From positions 20,559 to 84,558 of the forward strand of contig CAZACW010000003.1 in NCBI GenBank assembly GCA_964483785.1: a DNA stretch of 64,000 nt, given 5' to 3'. Below the pieces are notes generated by a model. The model had not been told where the DNA came from and searched no databases. It saw only the letters and a list, made by a program, of their open reading frames with translations. This DNA comes from an uncultured Planctomycetales bacterium (GTDB taxonomy: Bacteria > Omnitrophota > Gorgyraeia > Zapsychrales > Fredricksoniimonadaceae). Positions 62,838 to 64,000 of this stretch are shown one piece after another (position 1 is the first letter of the stretch; each line of letters starts with the position of its first letter). A program made the position numbers and the translations under genes.

Positions 62838-64000
62838 TTAAAATTGAAAATAAATAAACTCTGAGACCTTAGACAACATCATAAGGGAACAGGCGAATAA
62901 AAAACCGGCATACAAGGCCCAACTGAGCGTTGGCCTCCAGGGCCCCTGCAGGGCCGGTGATTGCTTTTGTTTTTGAACATGACTGCTGTATTCCGGGCCG
63001 CTGTAATGCATCAAGGTCTGCGTATTGGGCGCAAACCAGGTGACCGACAGCAGGACCAGGGCCAGGACCAGGGTCACGGCCGGGTCCACCGGCGATCGCG
63101 AGAATTGCGCGTGATGGTCCCAATGGGCCAGGGACGGCGGCAGTAAAAAGCCGTGAAGGCCCATCATGCTTTTGAGTATGTCCCAGGCAATGGACACATC
63201 CGCGGCCCGGAAAAAGACCCAGCCGACGAGCACGGCCAAAAAAGTCAGGGCCTGGGAACAAAGATTGGCGCCTGCATTGTTTTCTGGTACAGAGATGTTC
63301 AGGCGCGCCAACAGGGCCCTCCATCCGTGGTTGATGATTAAGTAGGTCCCGTGCAAGGCGCCCCAGACCACAAAGGTCCAGCCCGCGCCATGCCAGATCC
63401 CGCCTAAGAGCATGGTCAAAAGCAAATTGACATATCTGCGCACCGGGCCTTTGCGGTTGCCTCCCAGTGGAATGTAAAGGTAATCTCTTAAAAAGCGAGA
63501 AAGCGTCATATGCCAGCGTTGCCAGAATTCGATGATGCTTTTAGATTTGTACGGGGAATTGAAATTCACAGGCAGATGGATGCCAAACAAGAGGCCGATG
63601 CCGATGGCCATGTCCGAGTAAGCTGAAAAGTCAAAATACAGCTGGACCGCGTAGCTCAAGGCCGCACTCCAGGCCGCCAGAAAATCCAGGTGCTGGCCTT
63701 TGGCGCAAACGTTAAACTGCAGTGTGGCAAATTTGGCGATGGTGTCCGCCACCATCACTTTTTTGGAAAGGCCGATGGCAAAGATCGTCATGCCCCAGGA
63801 AATCGAATCCAGGGTAACGGGTTTGGACTGCTTGAATTGGGGGATCACCTCGCTATGGTGTGTGATAGGCCCGGCAATAAGTTGAGGGAAAAAGGTCACA
63901 AATAAGGCATAATCCAAAAGGTCCAGGGAAGCGACCTTGTTCTGGTAAATGTCGATCAAAAGCCCGATTTTTTGGAAGGTAAAGAAAGAGATCCCGATAG
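62838..64000 (-). CDS. MBOAT O-acyltransferase (AlgI-like), 5' end outside window
   Basis: Frame continues to the edge (IGISFFTFQK); FFPQLIAGP, YFDFSAYSD, FWQRWH, YIPLGGNR, GIWHGA; C-terminal FIYFQF. Confidence 0.93.
   Translation of the reverse strand, partial: IGISFFTFQKIGLLIDIYQNKVASLDLLDYALFVTFFPQLIAGPITHHSEVIPQFKQSKPVTLDSISWGMTIFAIGLSKKVMVADTIAKFATLQFNVCAKGQHLDFLAAWSAALSYAVQLYFDFSAYSDMAIGIGLLFGIHLPVNFNSPYKSKSIIEFWQRWHMTLSRFLRDYLYIPLGGNRKGPVRRYVNLLLTMLLGGIWHGAGWTFVVWGALHGTYLIINHGWRALLARLNISVPENNAGANLCSQALTFLAVLVGWVFFRAADVSIAWDILKSMMGLHGFLLPPSLAHWDHHAQFSRSPVDPAVTLVLALVLLSVTWFAPNTQTLMHYSGPEYSSHVQKQKQSPALQGPWRPTLSWALYAGFLFACSLMMLSKVSEFIYFQF

Overview
This window looks like Omnitrophota (OP3) DNA, inferred from the N-terminal domain of a giant protein. 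Almost all genes are on the minus strand. (1) 1-11889 holds a giant ORF missing from the supplied ORF track. By manual translation it is open from ATG 11889 to the window edge (>3,963 aa), with a conserved N-terminal domain, two degenerate six-hairpin-glycosidase-like modules, a YD/RHS-like beta region and a multi-TM part. (2) 12.1-19.2 kb carries PilZ, a cupin, hemL, hemB, a hemC-cobA-hemD triple fusion, a 265-bp structured MITE-like element, lhgO and a CDGSH protein. (3) 19.2-64 kb is one co-directional surface-biogenesis supercluster. In transcription order it runs: MBOAT/SGNH and GT-C modifiers, about 8 glycosyltransferases, a Wzy/WaaL-like protein, a DUF4091 hydrolase, three paralogous secreted beta-helix/Ig proteins (one under a c-di-GMP-I riboswitch), a near-complete T2SS (no prepilin peptidase in the window), a deacetylase, exosortase plus EpsI, a sigma54-driven priming phosphoglycosyl transferase, and a GAF kinase/NtrC/PocR-GAF trio. 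The best novelty candidate is that priming transferase: it has a signal peptide plus an internal PEP-CTERM motif at its N-terminus, two genes from an exosortase. No tRNA, rRNA or CRISPR array was seen. All family calls come from motif recognition by eye, not from database searches.
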